Source of the DNA: Macrostomum hystrix | Taxonomy: Eukaryota; Animalia; Platyhelminthes | Direction: 5' to 3' | Assembly (NCBI GenBank): GCA_950097015.1 | Contig: CATNEN010000001.1 | Coordinates: 9,548,001 to 9,612,000, forward strand | Length of the DNA: 64,000 nt | Notes under the pieces: model-generated | Database searches by the model: none | The model's input: only the letters and a program-made list of their open reading frames with translations | Told to the model about the DNA's origin: nothing | Made by a program: the position numbers and the translations under genes | In this document: piece by piece, positions 1 to 13,306 of the stretch | Layout of the letters: each line of letters begins with the position of its first letter | How positions within the stretch are numbered: the first letter of the stretch is position 1

Positions 1-670
1 ATCTAATAGCCTGTTAGACATAGATCTAATAACCTGTTAGACATAGATCTAATAGCCTGTTAGACATAGATCTAATAACCTGTTAGACATAGATCTAATA
101 GCCTGTTAGACATAGATCTAATAGCCTGTTAGACATAGATCTAATAGCCTGTTAGACATAGATCAAATAGCCTGTTAGACATAGATCTAATAGCCTGTTA
201 GACATAGATCTAATAGCCTGTTAGACATAGATCTAATAGCCTGTTAGACATAGATCTAATAACCTGTTAGACATAGATCTAGTAACCTGTTAGACATAGA
301 TCTAATAGCCTGTTAGACATAGATCTAATAGCCTGTTAGACATAGATCTAATAACCTGTTAGACATAGATCAAATAGCCTGTTAGACATAGATCTAATAG
401 CCTGTTAGACATAGATCTAATAGCCTGTTAGACATAGATCTAATAGCCTGTTAGACATAGATCTAATAACCTGTTAGACATAGATCTAATAGCCTGTTAG
501 ACATAGATCTAATAGCCTGTTAGACATAGATCTAATAGCCTGTTAGACATAGATCTAATAGCCTGTTAGACATAGATCTAATAGCCTGTTATACATAGAT
601 CTAATAACCTGTTAGACATAGATCAAATAACCTGTTAGACATGGATCAAATAGCCTGTTAGACAAAGATC
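1..670. repeat. 23-bp minisatellite (ATCTAATAGCCTGTTAGACATAG)n, running off the window start
   Basis: Direct tandem units visible; the array decays near 660-740. Confidence 0.95.
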
Positions 671-869
671 TGAGAACCTTTAGACACATATCTAACATGT
701 TATGTATGGATCTAACCAGTTGGACACAGACATAACATGTTATGCGGCCTAGTTTGAAGCCTTAGAAAATTGAAATTCATGCATGTAATAAACAAGTTAA
801 TCATTGAAGATTGACACAAAATAGCGATATGGAGTTCTTATTTCATGGATTATAAACAATGCCACTCAC

Positions 870-3800
870 CCGTTTCTTAGTTGCTGGTTGATAATGTTAA
901 CTTTTCTCGCTTTCGCTGCACCGAGCAAATATCCTGCAATAGTTAAAAAATTTATTGCACAAAGTTTAGCTACAGACTACTATGAGTAATATGAGAGAAT
1001 TGTTGATGAGGGAATTTGTAGATGAGGGAATTTGTAGATGAAACTGAGGAAAAAGGCGTGAGGGAATCAGAGAATTTAGTATATTAGGAGATTATTAAAA
1101 ACGAATGAAAGAACATAAGCTTACTAGAAGTAGAAGATAAGTTAAAAAATATTCCTCTTCTCTCCTCTCTCCTCTCCTCTCCTCTCTTCTCTCTCCTCTC
1201 CTCTCTTCTCTCTCCTCTCCTCTCTTCTCTCTCCTCTCCTCTCCTCTCTTCTCTCGTCTACCCTACTCTCTCCTCTCCTCTACTCTCTTCTCTCTCCTCT
1301 CTCCTCTCCTCTCTTCTCTCGTCTACTCTCCTCTCTCCTCTCCTCTACTCACTTCTCTCTCCTCTCTCCTCTTTTCTATCTCCTCTCTCCTCTACTCTCT
1401 CCTCTCTTCTCTCTTCTCTCTCCTCTCTCCTCTCTCCTCTACTCTCTTCTCTCTACTCTCTCCTCTCTTCTCTCTTCTCTCTCCTCTCTCCTCTCTCCTC
1501 TACTCTCTTCTCTCTACTCTCTCCTCTCTCCTCTTTTCTCTCTCCTCTCTCCTCTCTCCTCTCTCCTCCTTTCCTCTCTCCTCTCTCCTCTCCTCTCTCC
1601 TCCTTTCCTCTCTCCTCTCTCATCTCTTCTCCTCTCTCCACTCCTCTCTTCTCTCTCCTCTCTCCTCTCTCCTCTCCTTTCCTCTCTCCTCTCTCTTCTC
1701 TCCTCTCTCACACCCTCTCCTTTCATCATTCCACTCTCCTCTCTCGCCACTTCTCTCTCATTCCCCTCTTTTCTCATCTCCGGATGTACAGTCTATGAAA
1801 AGAGCAAATTTCCTAGACCAACATGTCACTAAATGCTCGCAGCAATCAGCAGAAAAAAGCACAATTTCCAATTTCATCAAATATCCAACGCAGTTTAAAA
1901 GCAAATTACAATGCCAACTAAAACACTGGACTAAGGTCAAACTATACCCCACACGCAACCGCATATGGCTTGCACCCTGTTCTATAGTCAATCATGTCTG
2001 CAAGGACAAAGGTAGGAAGGTAGTGTTGCTAGGCCCACAGCATTCCACAGTTTAAATACGCCACATGCCCACACAGACACACACACACACACACACACCG
2101 ACTAAATGATACAAGCCAGTGAAAGAATCCTGCTTTCTGCGAACTTAAAGCAAGAAAAAACACAGAGATAGAGAGACGCACAACAGATTGGCATTCCAGT
2201 TAATGAATGACTGTTTTGCGCAATTTTCCATCCCTTCATAACGATTCGGTACTGATTCCAACTAACAATCAACCGCGCCATGTGTGCTGCGCGCCTAGCG
2301 CTAGCTTTTGGCACTTTAAGCTAATTAGTTTTACAGCTTCATTTAATTGTACACAAGGCAAGCAATGTGGAATAAACTCGCTGATTGGACTCATAAATTC
2401 TTCTCTCCAACTCTCTCCCCAATACTCGGACAACTGTTCTCTCTTCTATCGCATCTCTCCCCTCTCCACTTTCTTATCTGTATCTCTCCTCTCTCCTCTC
2501 TCCTCTCCTCTCCTCTCTCCTCTCTCCTATCCTCTCTCCTCTCCTATCCTCTCCTCTCCTCTCCTCTCTCCTCTCCTCTCCTCTCTCCTATCCTCTCTCC
2601 TATCTCTCTCCTCTCTCCTCTCCTCTCCTCTCTCCTCTCCTCTCTCCTCTCCTCTCCTCTCCTCTCCTCTCTCCTCTCCTCTCTCCTATCATCTCCTATC
2701 TCTCTCCTCTCTCCTCTCCTCTCTCCTATCCTCTCTTCTCTCTCCTCTCCTCTCCTATCTCTCTCCTCTCTCCTCTCCTCTCTCCTCTCCTCTCCTCTCT
2801 CCTCTCCTCTCTCCTCTCCTCTCCTCTCTCCTCTCCTCTCTCCTATCCTCTCTTCTCTCTCCTCTCCTCTCCTATCTCTCTCCTCTCTCCTCTCCTCTCT
2901 CCTCTCCTCTCCTCTCCTCTCTCCTTTCCTCTCTCCTCTCCTCTCTCCTCTCCTCTCTCCTCTCCTCTCTCCTCTCCTCTCTCCTCTCCTCTCTCCTCTC
3001 CTCTCTCCTCTCCTCTCTCCTTTTCCTCCTCATTCCCCTATCCTGTCTGTTCTCATTTTCTCTATCTGGTGAGCGCATTTTAACTTCAAATGAAACAAAA
3101 AATGGCGATTCCTTGCCAAGAAAGTTTTCCAGTCAATCCAAGTGATTGCAAGGATTTCATATTTTTGCTTTTACTGTTCGCTTGAAAACACCAGTTAATT
3201 TTCTAATCTTCACATATCGTTCTGCTTAATTAAGCGCGCGCATTCTCACCCATAACTAATCGAAAAAACCTATAAATTTAGTTGCAATAAATGACTCATA
3301 AAAAAATAATTCTACGTGACCTCTTTAGAGCAATGTTATGATTTCTAATACTCGTTACATAGAAACCTAAACCTATAGAACAGTATAGAACACTAATAAC
3401 TACAGGAGGGCTGCTGGCAATGGCACATCATTTGGTGACACTAGACCCGCAGCCAACGAGGAGGCAATTCTGCCCCTAGTTCGCTGACTCCTGAGCACAC
3501 ACGCACACAGATACTGTACACAGGCATTCGCTCACACAGGTGTGTACATCTGCCCTGACTTTCTCATCTCCACAATATCAACAGTATTCTGGCTAATATT
3601 TTGGCTAATTTTCACTGCTTACTTTTATCGTTTAGAAATCTAAGGTTTGTACCAGCGAAATAGTTTCTCTCTCCAAATCTTAATGTTAGCTTTATTCAAG
3701 TCTAGACAATTCCATTTGGCAACAGACGAATATGCTTTAGATTATCTAATTAGCCTAATCATGCTTTATGATAAATCTTTGAGAGTAAATATGGTGATGT

Positions 3801-5995
3801 TCACTCCAACATTTATGCAATAAAAAGCTAACGATAAACTAAAATATAAATAATGCGGAGATTTAGGGGTAGATGGGTGGGAGAATGAAGCGAAGATTTA
3901 GGGGTAGATGGGTGAGAGAATGAAGCGGAGATTTAGGGGTAGATGAGTGAGAGAATGAAGCGGAGATTTAGAGGTAGATGGGTGAGAGAATGAAGCGGAG
4001 ATTTAGGGGTAGATGAGTGAGAGAATGAAGCGGAGATTTAGGGGTAGATGGGTGAGAGAATGAAGCGGAGATTTAGGGGTAGATGGGTGAGAGAATGAAG
4101 CGGAGATTTAGGGGTAGATGAGTGAGAGAATGAAGGGCAGATTTAGGGGTAGATGGGTGAGAGAATGAAGCGGAGATTTAGGGGTAGATGAGTGAGAGAA
4201 TGAAGCGGAGATTTAGGGGTAGATGGGTCAGAGAATGAAGCGGAGATTTAGGGGTAGATGAGTGAGAGAATGAAGGGCAGATTTAGGGGTAGATGGGTGA
4301 GAGAATGAAGCGGAGATTTTGGGGTAGATGAGTGAGAGAATGAAGGGTAGATTTAGGGGTAGATGAGTGAGAGAATGAAGCGGAGATTTAGGGGTAGATG
4401 GGTGAGAGAATGAAGCGGAGATTTTGGGGTAGATGAGTGAGAGAATGAAGGGTAGATTTAGGGGTAGATGAGTGAGAGAATGAAGCGGAGATTTAGGGGT
4501 AGATGAGTGAGAGAATGAAGCGGAGATTTAGGGGTAGATGGGTGAGAGAATGAAGGGGAGATTCAAGGGGTAGATGGGTGAGAGAATGAAGGGGAGATTC
4601 AAGGGGTAGATAAGTGAGAGAATGAAGCGTAGATTTAGGGGTAGATGGGTGAGAGAATGAAGGGTAGATTTAGGGGTAGATGAGTGAGAGAATGAAGGGC
4701 AGATTTAGGGGTAGATGGGTGAGAGAATGAAGGGTAGATTTAGGGGTAGATTAGTGAGAGAATGAAGCGGAGATTTAGGGGTAGATGGGTGAGAGAATGA
4801 AGCGGAGATTTAGGGGTAGATGAGTGAGAGAATGAAGGGCAGATTTAGGGGTAGATGGGTGAGAGAATGAAGCGGAGATTTAGGGGTAGATGGGTGAGAG
4901 AATGAAGCGGAGATTTTGGGGTAGATGAGTGAGAGAATGAAGGGTAGATTTAGGGGTAGATGAGTGAGAGAATGAAGCGGAGATTTAGGGGTAGATGGGT
5001 GAGAGAATGAAGGGGAGATTCAAGGGGTAGATGGGTGAGAGAACGAAGGGGAGATTCAAGGGGTAGATAAGTGAGAGAATGAAGCGTAGATTTAGGGGTA
5101 GGTAGGTGAGAGAATGAAGGGTAGGTTTAGGGGTAGGTAAGTGAGAGAATGTACGTGAGATCTCAGGTAGGTAGGTGAGAGAATGAATGGGAGATCTCAG
5201 GTAGGCAGGTGAGAGAATGAACGGGAGAACTCAGGTAGGTAGGTGAGAGAATGAATGGGAGATCTCAGGTAGGTAGGTGAGAGAATGAACGGGAGATCTC
5301 AGGTAGGCAGGTGAGAGAATGAATGGGAGATCTCAGGTAGGTAGGTGAGAGAATGAATGGGAGATCTCAGGTAGGCAGGTGAGAGAATGAATGGGAGATC
5401 TCAGGTAGGTAGGTGAGAGAATGAATGGGAGATCTCAGGCAGGTGAGAGAATGGGGGTATAGGGGTAGTTTTTCTGACTCCCCCGCTACTCACTTCTCTG
5501 CTGGCAGCCGGAAGCAGCGGTGGCGAGCAGGCGGGTGACGGCAGTCAGATCGTTTCTCTGCACAGCGGACACCAAGTCACGCGTGTCGCCAGCTGTTTGT
5601 GGAATCGGTGGGGGCTGCGGCGGCTTCGCTTGTTGCTGACGGAGAGTTCCCATGGAGGCCGACTGTGACATCATGGCGCTGATGCCGGACAGGGAGACAC
5701 CGCGCTTCAAAGCTGAAGCTGTCGCTGAATAGGTCTGAGGACAAGTCTGCTCGTGCTGCAGCTGCTGAGCTTCCAGATCGCGACGATGATCCTTCGGCGC
5801 GTGTGCGAAGGTTCTAACTTGACTGTCCTGAGACCACTGACACGTCGGAATGGCTGTCTGGAATTTTTGCGAAGCATTGTCTTGAAGCTGGTGTCTCGGC
5901 TTCCGCTGCTGCTGCTGCTGCTGCTGCTGACTTGCACACCGCAGCTGTGCTCTGTCGGACGATACAGAACGTCGAAGTCTGTAAAGCAGGGGCAT
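870..5995 (-). CDS. 5' exons of a Caskin/ANKS1-like ankyrin-repeat scaffold protein (partial; continues left of the window)
   Basis: Exon 5995..5494 (ATG, polyQ, ends AGA A|GTGAGT) splices in phase to exon 933..870 (TTGCAG|GATATT...ACGG|GTGAGT). This gives DLVSAVQRNDLTAVTRLL...RRYLLGAAKARKVNIINQQLRNG, resembling the Caskin N-terminus (ELVQAVK.EDV...RLL...KLLGSTKKINVNFQDPDG, recalled from memory). Confidence 0.65.
1153..1775. repeat. Polypyrimidine (CT/CCT/CTCTC)n low-complexity tract
   Basis: Visible; the source of spurious Glu/Arg ORFs. Confidence 0.95.
2455..3030. repeat. Polypyrimidine (CTCTCCT)n tract
   Basis: Visible; the source of spurious Ser/Leu ORFs. Confidence 0.95.
3395..3569 (-). 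mobile_element. 3' fragment of tRNA-derived SINE family B
   Basis: Reverse complement matches 39787-39960 (GATGAGAAAGTCAGGGCAGATGTACACAC...CAGCCCTCCTG). Confidence 0.85.
3855..5450. repeat. 35-bp minisatellite (GCGGAGATTTAGGGGTAGATGGGTGAGAGAATGAA)n grading into a ~31-bp variant
   Basis: Tandem units visible; lies in the intron of the Caskin-like gene. Confidence 0.95.
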
Positions 5996-6611
5996 GCTCG
6001 GAGCTGTTGTTTTGACCAGTGCAATGACACCGATGGCAAAAACGGTTAAACGATGAAAACTAAAAAAAATGCTAGAATTCACTGCACGTTAACAGCAGCC
6101 AGGTTTGCATTATTAGACTAGGCAAGCCAACCCCAAACCAACACCAACCCCAAGAAAATTGTCGTCCAATGAGAGGCGGTTTGCAAAGTTCCTGTCAATG
6201 TACGCACGGCGATACACAGGAAGGTAATTTAGAACGCTGGGGTTAGTGTAGAAGGATCTTTTATAGCAGATTTCGCTGCATTTCAGGGTCGGAACCGAAT
6301 ATACATTGGCATATTTTTTTCATCGTAGAATTACGAGGAGATGCGTAACACCTGGAATGGAAGCCTTTTTTCAAATTTCTGTTGCATCACGCCAGCGATG
6401 AAGCAGTTTTTGATGATTCAAGAACATTTTCTGGTTGGCCCCAGGTGTAGCGACTTAAGGCTGTGTAATCTAGCAGTGATTTTCTATCCGCGAATCATCA
6501 GCTACAGTTTAGTTCCAGTGACCCGTATCGGAAAGTTAACATTATTATTTTGCTGATGATTCATACTTTCTAATTCCTGAGAGAAAATTATCTGCTTCTG
6601 AGAAATGTAGG

Positions 6612-7030
6612 ACGTAGAGTGAATGGGAGAGAGGCATAGTGAGTGGGATTGAGGTAGAGTGAGTGGGGTGAGGTAGAGTGAGTTGGAGTGAGTTGGAGTG
6701 AGTGGGAGTGAAGTAGAGCTAGTGGGAGAGAGGTAGAGTTTTTTCAGTAAGGTAGAGTAAGTGGGAGAGAGTTAGAGCTAGTGGGAGTGAGGTAGAGTGA
6801 GTGGGAGTGAGGTAGAGCTACTGGGAGTGTGGTAGAGTGAGTGGGAGTGAGTTAGAGTGAGTGGGAGTGAGTTAGAGTGAGTGGGAGTGAGGTAGAGTGA
6901 GTGGGAGTGAGGTAGAGTGAGTGGGAGTGAGGTAGAGTGAGTGGGAGTGAGTTAGAGTGAGTGGGAGTGAGTTAGAGTGAGTGGGAGTGAGGTAGAGCTA
7001 CTGGGAGTGTGGTAGAGTGAGTCGGAGTGA
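6612..7030. repeat. 20-bp minisatellite (GAGTGAGTGGGAGTGAGGTA)n
   Basis: Tandem units visible. Confidence 0.9.
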
Positions 7031-7699
7031 TGGAAGGGTCATTTATCTGAGAAGCATTCAAACAGTGGCGTCAAAGCAACAACAACAAACCTAAACTCTA
7101 AAAGGTGGTAAGGATAAAAGGGATCATTCTGCATCACTGGATCCCGTCACGCTAACGGAATCCCACAATGACGTAATCAAATACCTCCGTGACCCCATGT
7201 TGACAGTCGGTCTGGGCTTAGCATAGAAAGGGTAATTTTTGATGGGAGGACAGAATAGATTGAAAGGGAGAGACAAAACACCCAGTAAGAGTTTGGACGC
7301 ACTCTCTAACTCTAACTTTTCCACACAGTCTAGTTTTCCTTTCTCATTTGTCCGAACCCGACTGTCAGTCAGTCTCGCCCTGAATGCGCCCAGTCCCCAT
7401 TTTGTTACTCAATGACGAGAAGGCAAGCTTACATGGAGCTAGCAAACGCAACGGAATGTGCATTGAGAAATAAAAAACATAGAACTGAACTCAAAGCCCC
7501 ACTGAACCGAAATTGCTCTCTGTCTCTCTCTATCGAGTTGACTCACATTGGGAATGAAAGTTAATGGCGGAGTTTTTTTGTTTAAGGCGTTGCCCCCCCC
7601 ACAGCTCCCAATTATAATTCATGCAGACCAGGGTGTAACTGATGGGCAATCAGTGGGAGATGGAAGTCTGCTTACACATACTGTGAGTAGAGTATGGAA

Positions 7700-8696
7700 G
7701 AGCTGAGAGACAGAGACAGAGAGGCAGACAGGGAGGCAGACAGGGACAGACTGAGAGAGAGACAGACAAGGAGACTGGGAGACTGAGACAGAGAAACACA
7801 AAGGAGACAGTGAGACAGAGAGACAGAGAGACAGAGAGACAGAGGGACAATGAGACAGAGAGACAGAGAGACAGAGAGACAGAGGGACAATGAGACAGTG
7901 AGACAATGAGACAGTAAGACAGAGAGACAGAGAGACAGAGGGACAATGAGACAGTGAGACAATGAGACAGTAAGACAGAGAGACAGAGAGACAGAGGGAC
8001 AATGAGACAGTGAGACAATGAGACAGTAAGACAGAGAGACAGAGAGACAGAGAGACAGAGAGACAGAGAGACAGAGAGACAGAGAGACAGAGAGACAGAG
8101 AGACAGAGAGACAGAGAGACAGAGGGACAATGAGACAGTGAGACAATGAGACAGTAAGACAGAGAGACAGAGAGACAGAGGGACAATGAGACAGTGAGAC
8201 AATGAGACAGTAAGACAGAGAGACAGAGAGACAGAGAGACAGAGAGACAGAGAGACAGAGAGACAGAGAGACAGAGAGACAGAGAGACAGAGAGACAGAG
8301 AGACAGAGAGACAGATGGGTAGACAGAGAGACAGACCGGGAGACAGAGAGACAGACCGGGAGACAGAGAGACAGACCGGGAGACAGAGAGACAGACCGGG
8401 AGACAGAGAGACAGACCGGGAGACAGAGAGACAGACCGGGAGACAGAGAGACAGACCGGGAGACAGAGAGTCAGACACCGGGAGACAGAGAGACAGACCG
8501 GGAGACAGAGAGACAGACCGGGAGACAGAGAGACAGACACCGGGAGACAGAGAGACAGACACCGGGAGACAGAGAGACAGAGAGACAGTGAGACAGAGAG
8601 ACAGGGAGACATAGAGATAGATCGGTAGACAGAGAGACAGAGAGACAGAGAGGCAGAGAGACAGAGAGACAGAGAGACAGGGAGACAGAGAGACAA
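7700..8696. repeat. (AGAGAGACAG)n microsatellite with 20-bp GACAGAGAGACAGACCGGGA sub-array
   Basis: Visible; explains several spurious SLSLCL ORFs. Confidence 0.95.
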
Positions 8697-9749
8697 TGGG
8701 AGGCTGATGGGAGATAGAGGTGCAGTGAGAGCAGAAATTACCCAAAGCATCCCGCAGCATAGCAGCTGAGTTGTGCACTATCAAAGGCTGCTGCTAACAG
8801 ATGTAACAAGGCATCAGCCGCCCCATAGCACCTCCAGAGAGTCGATCAGCCAGCTTAATACATTCTCAAGTAGTTGCACTCTCGACAAAAACGGCCTCAC
8901 TCAGGCACCGGAATAGACCAATTCATTGCCTGCCAGACAATGTGCAGGGCGAGGAAAATTATGGTTCAATATTTCTAGTGGGAAGTTATGAGTCATGCCT
9001 ACGGGTAGGGGTGGGCGTCACTCGCCCTCCTCTCTGTCTCCCTCTCTCCCACTCTATCAATACTAATCTACTAATTCAACACAGTTTCTCTCCACCTAAG
9101 GCAATTTTCTCTTCTTCTTCTGCTGGAAGCAGCAACAAAAGAATTTGCGAGTGAGTGGGAGGGAAGAGGGGAGAGGCTCCGGCCTTCTTAACAACTCAGA
9201 CTGCCAAGGACATGTGCCAGGTCTAGATTAACGAACAACAAGAAGGTAAAAATGGTCCTTGGAAGAGTAAATTAAGGGCTAAGTTGCAGCACTTCATTTG
9301 CACAAATTACTACCTGGGCTGTCGCAACTAATAAACTTAGTCATTATAGCAATAATAGACTGCATTATTAATCTATAATCCGTCTGGACATCTCGTCCTA
9401 ATCCTCCATGAGTCGATATAACTATCATCTGACTAAGGGGTAGAAAAAAAAGTTTTTTTTCCCAAAAGTGAACATTTTTTGCAATTCCGTGTACTTTATA
9501 GTTTAGTTCTTTTTTGCTATGTTAAAATACCAGCAGTAAAAAGATAACATAATTTCCCTTGGGAAAATATCACTGGAGGTATTCCAAATACCCACTGCCT
9601 ACTTTAAGATAGCTATGAACCCGAATGATAATTTTTCGAAAATGTCCACCAAATGGATTAACATTTTCCGCCCTTTGCGATGAGCAAACTTCCTAGGTCC
9701 GAGGTTAGAATCGTCGAGATATTCCGCGATAGGGTCTTGTCAAAGACCC

Positions 9750-10140
9750 TGTGCCAATTGATTACACCTGTGCCAATTGATTACACCTGTGCCAATTGAT
9801 TACACCTGTGCCAATTGATTACACCTGTGCCAATTGATTACACCTGTGTCAATTGATTACACCTGTGCCGATTGATTACACCTGTGCCAATTGATTACAC
9901 CTGTGCCAATTGATTACACCTGTGCCAATTGATTACACCTGTGCCGATTGATTACACCTGTGCCAATTGATTACACCTGTGCCAATTGATTACACCTGTG
10001 TCAATTGATTACACCTGTGCCAATTGATTACACCTGTGCCAATTGATTACACCTGTGCCGATTGATTACACCTGTACCAATTGATTACACCTGTGCCGAT
10101 TGATTACACCTGTGCCAATTGATTACACCTGTGCCGATTG
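9750..10140. repeat. 19-bp minisatellite (CTGTGCCAATTGATTACAC)n
   Basis: About 20 tandem units abutting a SINE. Confidence 0.95.
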
Positions 10141-10372
10141 GGCCAAATGTGCAGCCGACAGCGCAGCCGACAGTTCAGTCCATGGACTGGGGAGACGCCA
10201 CACCCACCCTTAATTACCCCAACTGATGCTGGTACCCATTTAACAGCTGGGTGAACTGAAGCACTGCAGAGTTAAGTATCTTGCTAAAGGACACAAATTG
10301 TTCCAGTGGAGTCGGGAATCGAACCCCTGACCTTCAAGTCGTGAGTCCCACGCTATAACCACAAGGCTGCAA
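10140..10372 (-). mobile_element. tRNA-derived SINE family A
   Basis: Minus strand: A-box-like CAGCCTTGTGG, B-box GGTTCGATTCC, then GTGTCCTTTAGCAAGATACTTAAC...CACCCAGCTGTTAAATGGGTACC, which resembles conserved SINE central domains. Second copy at 62750-62990. Confidence 0.8.
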
Positions 10373-13306
10373 CCTCTTAGTTTAACCTTAATTATAACCT
10401 AACCTTTATTAAATAGCCCATGTGGTCCTCCTACTGTTAAATGCTTTCATCTTCTGCACTTTTGATTACTTCTGATTTAAAATGTCATTTGTGAATCGAC
10501 TAGCAAATTTAATGAAGTCTTTTTTGTCGACAATCTAAAAACTACTACAATATAACTTAGTATTCTTAAAAAAAACAAATTAAATATTCTAGAGTACCAT
10601 AATTAGGACCACTTCAGAATGTAAAGCTTGTGACAATTAGCTCGTAGCCTGCGCCTTGCTTGACAAAAACTCTACTAAAATACTGCCTGTTAACAGTCGC
10701 TGTTTCTTCAGCAAAGAAGATTGCGGCCATCACGCAAAAAAAAAAAAAATTGTGTATAAAAAAGTTGGATTCTTCTATAATTGTCAAGTGTTGTGTTTTG
10801 TGACTGCAGAGTGCAACAAATTTCAAGTGAAACTTTAAGCTGACACAGCTATAGAATCGTAGTTGACACAGCCATAGAATCGCAGCTGACAGCTAAAGAA
10901 TTGTAGCTGACACAGCTATAGAATCGTAGTTGACACAGCCATAGAATCGCAGCTGACAGCTAAAGAATTGTAGCTGACACAGCTATAGAATCGTAGTTGA
11001 CACAGCTATAGAATCGTAGTTGACACAGCTATAGAATCGTAGTTGACACAGCTATAGAATCGTAGTTGACACAGCTATAGAATCGTAGTTGACACAGCTA
11101 TAGAATCGTAGTTGACACAGCTATAGAATCGTAGTTGACACAGCTATAGATACGTAGTTGACACAGCTATAGAATCGTAGTTGACACAGCTATAGAATCG
11201 TAGTTGACACAGCTATAGATACGTAGTTGACACAGCTATAGAATCGTAGTTGACACAGCTATAGAATCGTAGTTGACACAGCTATAGAATCGTAGTTGAC
11301 ACAGCTATAGAATCGTAGTTGACACAGCTATAGAATCGTAGTTGACACAGCTATAGAATCGTAGTTGACACAGCTATAGAATCGTAGTTGACACAGCTAT
11401 AGAATCGTAGTTGACACAGCTATAGAATCGTAGTTGACACAGCTATAGAATCGTAGTTGACACAGCTATAGAATCGTAGTTGACACAGCTATAGAATCGT
11501 AGTTGACACAGCTATAGATACGTAGTTGACACAGCTATAGAATCGTAGTTGACACAGCTATAGAATCGTAGTTGACACAGCTATAGATACGTAGTTGACA
11601 CAGCTATAGAATCGTAGTTGACACAGCTATAGAATCGTAGTTGACACAGCTATAGAATCGTAGTTGACACAGCTATAGAATCGTAGTTGACACAGCTATA
11701 GAATCGTAGTTGACACAGCTATAGAATCGTAGTTGACACAGCTATAGAATCGTAGTTGACACAGCTATAGAATCGTAGTTGACACAGCTATAGAATCGTA
11801 GTTGACACAGCTATAGATACGTAGTTGACACAGCTATAGAATCGTAGTTGACACAGCTATAGAATCGTAGTTGACACAGCTATAGATACGTAGTTGACAC
11901 AGCTATAGAATCGTAGTTGACACAGCTATAGAATCGTAGTTGACACAGCTATAGAATCGTAGTTGACACAGCTATAGAATCGTAGTTGACACAGCTATAG
12001 AATCGTAGTTGACACAGCTATAGAATCGTAGTTGACACAGCTATAGAATCGTAGTTGACACAGCTATAGAATCGTAGTTGACACAGCTATAGAATCGTAG
12101 TTGACACAGCTATAGATACGTAGTTGACACAGCTATAGAATCGTAGTTGACACAGCTATAGAATCGTAGTTGACACAGCTATAGAATCGTAGTTGACACA
12201 GCTATAGAATCGTAGTTGACACAGCTATAGAATCGTAGTTGACACAGCTATAGATACGTAGTTGACACAGCTATAGAATCGTAGTTGACACAGCTATAGA
12301 ATCGTAGTTGACACAGCTATAGAATCGTAGTTGACACAGCTATAGAATCGTAGTTGACACAGCTATAGAATCGCAGCTGACAGCTAAAGAATTGTAGCTG
12401 ACACAGCTATAGAATCGTAGTTGACACAGCTATAGAATCGCAGCTGACAGCTAAAGAATTGTAGCTGACACAGCTATAGAATCGCAGCTGACAGCTAAAG
12501 AATCGCAGCTGACACAGCTATAGAATCGTAGTTGACACAGCTATAGAATCGCAGCTGACACAGCTATAGAATCGTAGTTGACACAGCTATAGAATCGTAG
12601 TTGACACAGCTATAGAATCGTAGTTGACACAGCTATAGAATCGTAGTTGACACAGCTATAGAATCGTAGTTGACACAGCTATAGAATCGTAGTTGACACA
12701 GCTATAGAATCGTAGTTGACACAGCTATAGAATCGCAGCTGACACAGCTATATAGTCGCAGCTGACACAGCTATAGAATCGTCACTGACACAGCTATAGA
12801 ATCGTAGTTGACACAGCTATAGAATCGTAGTTGACACAGCTATAGAATCGTAGTTGACACAGCTATAGATACGTAGTTGACACAGCTATAGAATCGTAGT
12901 TGACACAGCTATAGAATCGTAGTTGACACAGCTATAGAATCGTAGTTGACACAGCTATAGAATCGTAGTTGACACAGCTATAGAATCGTAGTTGACACAG
13001 CTATAGAATCGTAGTTGACACAGCTATAGAATCGTAGTTGACACAGCTATAGAATCGTAGTTGACACAGCTATAGAATCGTAGTTGACACAGCTATAGAA
13101 TCGTCACTGACACAGCTATAGAATCGTAGTTGACACAGCTATAGAATCGTAGTTGACACAGCTATAGAATCGTAGTTGACACAGCTATAGAATCGTAGTT
13201 GACACAGCTATAGATACGTAGTTGACACAGCTATAGAATCGTAGTTGACACAGCTATAGAATCGTAGTTGACACAACTATAGATACGTAGTTGACACAGC
13301 TATAGA

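Noticed and set aside
3855-5150. TTAGGG within the 35-bp repeat as interstitial telomere
   Set aside because: A single hexamer per unit, not tandem telomeric repeats.
1453-8784. Long low-complexity ORFs (ER-, SL-, SLSLC-rich); likewise at 21506-25463, 28664-29309, 41091-41461, 50217-51672 and 55618-56408
   Set aside because: They are translations of micro/minisatellites lacking stop codons.
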